Shown piece after piece: positions 10,308 through 14,211 of a stretch of 14,211 nt of DNA (its first letter is position 1; each line of letters opens with the position of its first letter). The DNA lies in NCBI GenBank assembly GCA_044226625.1, contig JBGAGQ010000108.1:1-14211 (forward strand), written 5' to 3'. The notes below the pieces were generated by a model. The model was not told where the DNA came from, ran no database searches, and worked only from the letters and a program-made list of their open reading frames with translations. Position numbers and translations under genes: made by a program. Source of the stretch: Thermoanaerobaculia bacterium (GTDB lineage: Bacteria; Acidobacteriota; Thermoanaerobaculia; Multivoradales; UBA5704).

Positions 10308-13300
10308 ATGCCGACCGATTTCGACACGCTCTCCGCGGAGAGCTTCCTCGCCGTCTGCAAGGAGGGGAGCGCCGCGGCCTACCGTCGTTTCGAGCAGGTC
10401 CTCGCCGCTCTGGACGATCTCGGAACTCGGGCCGCGGCGCGCCGATTTCTCGCCCGGATCGCCGCGGCGCTCGCCCGCGCGACGGATGCGGGGGAGGATC
10501 CGGCGGCGTTCCATTTTCAGATCGGCACCTTGGCGCTCGGCCGGGAGGCGGACGCCCGCCGGGAGGGGGCGGACGGCGCCCAGCTGCTGTTGCTCCAGTT
10601 CCCGAGCGTCTTCGCGCCGGAGGAGTGGTCGCGGACCTTCTTCGAGGGGCTCGCCCGCTATTCGCCGCACGACTTCGCGGGGCGGACGCTCGCCGAGCTC
10701 GGCTGCGGCAACGGCTGGGTGACGCTCGCACTCGCCCGCCGCTCGGCGCCCGAGAAGCTCTACGGGCTCGACATCAATCCGCGGGCGATCACCTGCGCCC
10801 GGCTCAACCTCTACCTGAACGCCCTCGCCGCGGACGGAGAGCCGGTGCTCGACGCCGATGGCAAAAGCCTGCTCGATCGCGTGGAGTTCCACGAATCCGA
10901 CCTGCTCGGCTGGGTGCGCGAGCGAGGTCTGAAGCTCGATCGGGTGATCGGTTGCATCCCGCAGGTACTCGACCCGAACCTGGGGGAGATCCGAGCGGGA
11001 GCGGAGCTCTCCGACGAGCTGCTCGTCTCGCTGAGCAACTACACCGGCCACCAGGGCTATCTCGAGGATCTCTTCGGCCTTGGGCTGGTCGCCCGCGCGC
11101 TCGAGGAGGCGATCGAGGTGATGCGACCCGGCGGTTGGGTGGTCCTCAATCTGGGAGGACGCCCTGGGCGCGAGATCCTGCGTCAGATGTTCTGTCGGCG
11201 CGGGTTCTCGATCCGGCCGATCTGGTCGACCCGGATCGGCCAGGCGGACGACACCGACATCTCTCCGCTCGCCGAGATCGAGCGGAGCGGACGGCATCGG
11301 TTCGAGTTCTACCTCGGAGTCCACAGCGACGAGCCGGTCTCGGCGCGGACCGCCCAGGCCTACGCCCGTGCCGGCGGGGCGATCTATCACTCGCTCACCG
11401 TGTTCGATGGGAAGCTCCGGTTCCCCGAAGCGATGAATCTCGTCTTCGCCGCGCTCCATGGCGAGGTGTGGCGGCCGGTGCGCGACGCGCTCGACCTCGA
11501 CTACGAGGACGACGCTCGGGTGGAGGAGAAATCCGCGTTCCTCGCTCGGCTCGCGCGGTTGCTGCCGGAGCGGCGTGCCTTCCCCTACGGCGAAACGCTC
11601 GGCGCGCAACCGTTTCGGCACCGCTTCGCGGAATATCTGGAGCGCTATTTCGCGATTCCGTTGGCGGCCGAGAACCTAGTGGTGCTGCCGGAGCGGGCCT
11701 CGGCCTTGCGCAACCTGTTCGCGCTCTACGCTCCGGCGCTTTCGCTGGTCCACCCTTCGCTCCAGGTGGGGGCGGCCGGCGTTTCCCCGGAGGCCCTGGG
11801 GTTCCAGGGGGCTCCCGCCGAGCTGCTCGAGTGTCCTCTACGGGTCGATCTCGCGGTCAAGCTGATCGCGGCGCTCCGCCCGCAGCTCGTCGCCACCACC
11901 CTCGATCCGTCCGACGTTCGGTCGCCCGACTCGTTCCTTCGCCTGGTCGAGGCGGCCGGGCGGGTCGGAGCCCGCCTGCTGGTCGACATCTCGCCGTTCT
12001 TCGAGCTGGACAGCACGCCCGGCAGCAACGGAGTCCTCCAGGCGCTTTCGGAAGGACCGCTTCCCGCGCACGTCGCGATCCTGTGCGGCCTGGTCCGGAA
12101 TCGCGTCTATGAGGATCTGGAGGTCTGTTTCCTGCTCACGGAGGATCGCGAGCTGGTCGCCGCGCTCGAGGGGGCCGCCGAGCTGACCTACAGCCGGGTC
12201 CCGATGCTCACCCAGGAGTACTACGACACGATCCTCGCCGAGCTGCTGAGCTTCCGCCTCGATCCGTTGGGATCGGCGGTGCCGGGGCGGCGAACGCGCG
12301 CGGCGAGCCTTCCGCCCATCGCGGGGGCTGCCCCCGCCTTGCCGATCGCCGAGCGATGCCGGATCGCGTTCGCGCATCCGGCGCTCGTCGCCGAGAACCT
12401 GCCGCGGACGGCCGCGACGATCCGTTTCGACTACGGGGAAAACGCGCTCGCTTCGCCCACCCCGGTGGCGACCAGCCTGTTCGAGGCATTCGCCCGTCGC
12501 GAGCTATCGACCGCCGAGACCGATCCGTCGCCGGAGCTTTCCCAATTCCTGCGCCGCCGCTTCGGGCTCGACGTGGGAGGCGGCCGGCTCGCGCCGCGTT
12601 TTGTCTACGGGCTCGGGGTCGCGCCTCTTTTTTCGAGCCTCGCCGCCGCCTGCGCGGCCGAAGGGGGGACGTTCGTCTTCCCACGGGGCTCCTACGGCTT
12701 CTTCGTCGCGACGGTGGACTTCTTCGGCGGATCCAGGCGCTGGATCGCGACCGAGCGGGCGAACGGCTTCAAGGTGACACCGACCGAGCTGGAAGCCGCG
12801 CTCGCCGGCGTCTCCAGGCCCTGGTTGTATTTGAACGGCCCGGCGGTCAACCCCACCGGCAGCCTGTACTCGAGCGACGAGATGGCCGCCCTCCTCGCCG
12901 TCGCGGCCAAGCACCGGGCCCGGGTGGTGATCGACATCTTGTTCTCCGGCCTGGAGCACGCCGAGCCTGTGCCGTGGGACCTCGGTCCCGTGCTCGCCGA
13001 TCATGCGCTGAGCCTGGTGGTCCTGGGAGGCGTTTCCAAGGAGCTCGCGGCCGGCGGGCTCCGCTTCGGCTTCGCCTGGTGCCATGGGGAGGCGATCGAG
13101 CGGGCGCTGCTGCGCGGGCTCACCTCGGTCCCCCACGCGACGACGCGTTTCGCCGCAAAGCGGATCTTCGCCGCCCTGAACCGCCCGAGCGTGCGGACGC
13201 GGGAGGAGCTCTCCGCGCAACGTCAGCTCCTGGCCGAGCGTGCGAACCGCCTGGTGGCGGTCCTCGCCGATTGTGGTTGGGAGCCGCTCCGCCCTTCGGG

Positions 13301-13574
13301 TGGTCTGTTTCTGGTCGCCCGCCCCGGTGCCTATCTGGGGCGGAAGCTCGAGGTCGCGACCTCGATGGGTCTTCGGGAGTGGACCTTGGACAGCGAGAAC
13401 ATCGCGGAGGCGATGTTCTGGGGGGTCGACCTGATGATCAACGACAGCCGGTGGACCGGGATCCCGGAGCACTGTCGATTCGTCCTTTCGGTCGTGGAGG
13501 ATGTTTTCGAGGAGGGGTTGCGCCGCATCCGGGCTTTTTGCGAACGGGTGACCGGGGGTTCGAACGCGCCCTGA
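10308..13574 (+). CDS. mmt: Full-length plant-type methionine S-methyltransferase (1088 aa): N-terminal SAM methyltransferase plus PLP-aminotransferase-like C-terminal region
   Basis: The likely start is ATG 10308, 14 nt after the udk stop. Motifs recognised from plant MMT and bacterial MmtN: PSVFAPEEWSRTFFEGL, ELGCGNGW, YGLDINPRA, NLYLNAL, LLDRVEFHESDLL, GCIPQVL, LSNY..QGYLEDLFGLGLVARALEE, NLGGRPG, QADDTDISPLAEIER...RFEF, SARTAQAY. The C-terminal class I/II aminotransferase motifs are GPAVNPTG, VIDILFS and GVSKELAAGGLRFG. Confidence 0.9.
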   Translation: MPTDFDTLSAESFLAVCKEGSAAAYRRFEQVLAALDDLGTRAAARRFLARIAAALARATDAGEDPAAFHFQIGTLALGREADARREGADGAQLLLLQFPSVFAPEEWSRTFFEGLARYSPHDFAGRTLAELGCGNGWVTLALARRSAPEKLYGLDINPRAITCARLNLYLNALAADGEPVLDADGKSLLDRVEFHESDLLGWVRERGLKLDRVIGCIPQVLDPNLGEIRAGAELSDELLVSLSNYTGHQGYLEDLFGLGLVARALEEAIEVMRPGGWVVLNLGGRPGREILRQMFCRRGFSIRPIWSTRIGQADDTDISPLAEIERSGRHRFEFYLGVHSDEPVSARTAQAYARAGGAIYHSLTVFDGKLRFPEAMNLVFAALHGEVWRPVRDALDLDYEDDARVEEKSAFLARLARLLPERRAFPYGETLGAQPFRHRFAEYLERYFAIPLAAENLVVLPERASALRNLFALYAPALSLVHPSLQVGAAGVSPEALGFQGAPAELLECPLRVDLAVKLIAALRPQLVATTLDPSDVRSPDSFLRLVEAAGRVGARLLVDISPFFELDSTPGSNGVLQALSEGPLPAHVAILCGLVRNRVYEDLEVCFLLTEDRELVAALEGAAELTYSRVPMLTQEYYDTILAELLSFRLDPLGSAVPGRRTRAASLPPIAGAAPALPIAERCRIAFAHPALVAENLPRTAATIRFDYGENALASPTPVATSLFEAFARRELSTAETDPSPELSQFLRRRFGLDVGGGRLAPRFVYGLGVAPLFSSLAAACAAEGGTFVFPRGSYGFFVATVDFFGGSRRWIATERANGFKVTPTELEAALAGVSRPWLYLNGPAVNPTGSLYSSDEMAALLAVAAKHRARVVIDILFSGLEHAEPVPWDLGPVLADHALSLVVLGGVSKELAAGGLRFGFAWCHGEAIERALLRGLTSVPHATTRFAAKRIFAALNRPSVRTREELSAQRQLLAERANRLVAVLADCGWEPLRPSGGLFLVARPGAYLGRKLEVATSMGLREWTLDSENIAEAMFWGVDLMINDSRWTGIPEHCRFVLSVVEDVFEEGLRRIRAFCERVTGGSNAP

Positions 13575-13771
13575 GCGGGAATTGGCCTTTGTTATTCAGG
13601 TCGGAGGCTCCCGAGAAGGGCTCGGTTGAGCTTCTTGCGGAAAGCGTCTAGACAATCCGCCGCGGCTCTGCCAAACTCTCGCCCCCGCTCCGAAAGGACG
13701 GTCTTCCGCGGCTTCCTATTCCCAGCTCGCCCAATTCGCCGCCGTTCGGTGCATCGGATCGGGCTCGGGGC

Positions 13772-13799
13772 TTGCAGGAATGTTCGCGGTTGGTATAAG
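13772..13799 (+). promoter_or_regulatory. Sigma70-type promoter for the tRNA-Thr-tuf transcript
   Basis: -35 TTGCAG (13772-13777), 16-nt spacer, extended -10 TGg-TATAAG (13791-13799), about 65 nt upstream of the tRNA. Confidence 0.65.
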
Positions 13800-13864
13800 T
13801 TCGTCGGGTTTCGCCGCTGTTGGCGATCCGGCTTAGGCGCCGGATCAGCGCATCGGTGTCCCAA

Positions 13865-13939
13865 GCCCACGTGGCTCAGAGGTAGAGCACTTCCTTGGTA
13901 AGGAAGGGGTCACCGGTTCGAATCCGGTCGTGGGCTCCA
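13865..13939 (+). tRNA. thrT: tRNA-Thr (GGT)
   Basis: Cloverleaf with acceptor GCCCACG/CGTGGGC, D arm GCTC/GAGC, anticodon arm CTTCC-TTGGTAA-GGAAG (GGT at 13897-13899), T arm ACCGG-TTCGAAT-CCGGT, and an encoded CCA. Confidence 0.98.
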
Positions 13940-14073
13940 TACAGAACGATCTGAGATCTGAAACGATCTGCAAAAGCCGGGCTCGGCGGGCTGGGTGCGA
14001 GGATCGAGCCGAGGCATAGAGACCGAAACCGAGAGATTCACTCGTAAGGATCCGAGGAGGCGCAGGAGAGGCC

Positions 14074-14211
14074 ATGGCAAAGGAAAAGTTCGATCGGGAG
14101 AAGCCGCACGTCAACGTGGGAACGATCGGCCACGTCGACCACGGCAAGACGACCTTGACGGCGGCGTTGACGAAGGTTGCGTACGATCGGGGTTGGACGA
14201 AGTTGGCGATT
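14074..14211 (+). CDS. tuf: Elongation factor Tu (5' part, runs off the window)
   Basis: [35 protein letters not shown] with the G1 motif GHVDHGKT. An AGGAG Shine-Dalgarno lies upstream, and the gene follows tRNA-Thr as in tufB-type loci. It is not in the ORF track because it has no stop in the window. Confidence 0.97.
   Translation, partial: MAKEKFDREKPHVNVGTIGHVDHGKTTLTAALTKVAYDRGWTKLAI

Noticed and set aside
13626-13656. Additional promoter (TTGAGC...TAGACA/GACAAT) and ORF 13626-13901
   Set aside because: Poor -10 match at the proper spacing, and the ORF overlaps the tRNA and its promoter.
13575-13939. mmt as part of an island integrated at tRNA-Thr
   Set aside because: No integrase, no duplicated tRNA 3' end, the gene lies 5' of the tRNA, and its composition matches its neighbours.
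13865-14211. Single tRNA-Thr before tuf rather than the four-tRNA tufB cluster
   Set aside because: Ordinary lineage-level variation of a well-known arrangement.

Overview
GC-rich bacterial window; all convincing protein-coding genes lie on the + strand. In order: a 5'-truncated LolC/E-family ABC permease, a ClC-CBS-TrkA_C chloride transporter, a small Cys-rich ORF, an ~800 bp repeat-filled intergenic region, carB, mutM and udk, a 1088-aa full-length plant-type methionine S-methyltransferase (MMT), tRNA-Thr(GGT) and the start of tuf. The carB-mutM-udk block is scrambled: a ~1.03 kb mutM+udk5' segment occurs twice and splits off the last ~37 codons of carB. The second copy carries indels, so an assembly or read artefact is the likeliest cause. 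The main highlights are (1) the bacterial plant-like MMT, whose C-terminal aminotransferase domain keeps an intact-looking PLP-lysine motif; (2) a candidate minus-strand structured sRNA at ~1110-1282 with its own perfect TATAAT box; (3) two nested inverted-repeat elements and two 21-bp periodic arrays between the ClC operon and carB. No searches were run, so family assignments rest on recognised motifs.
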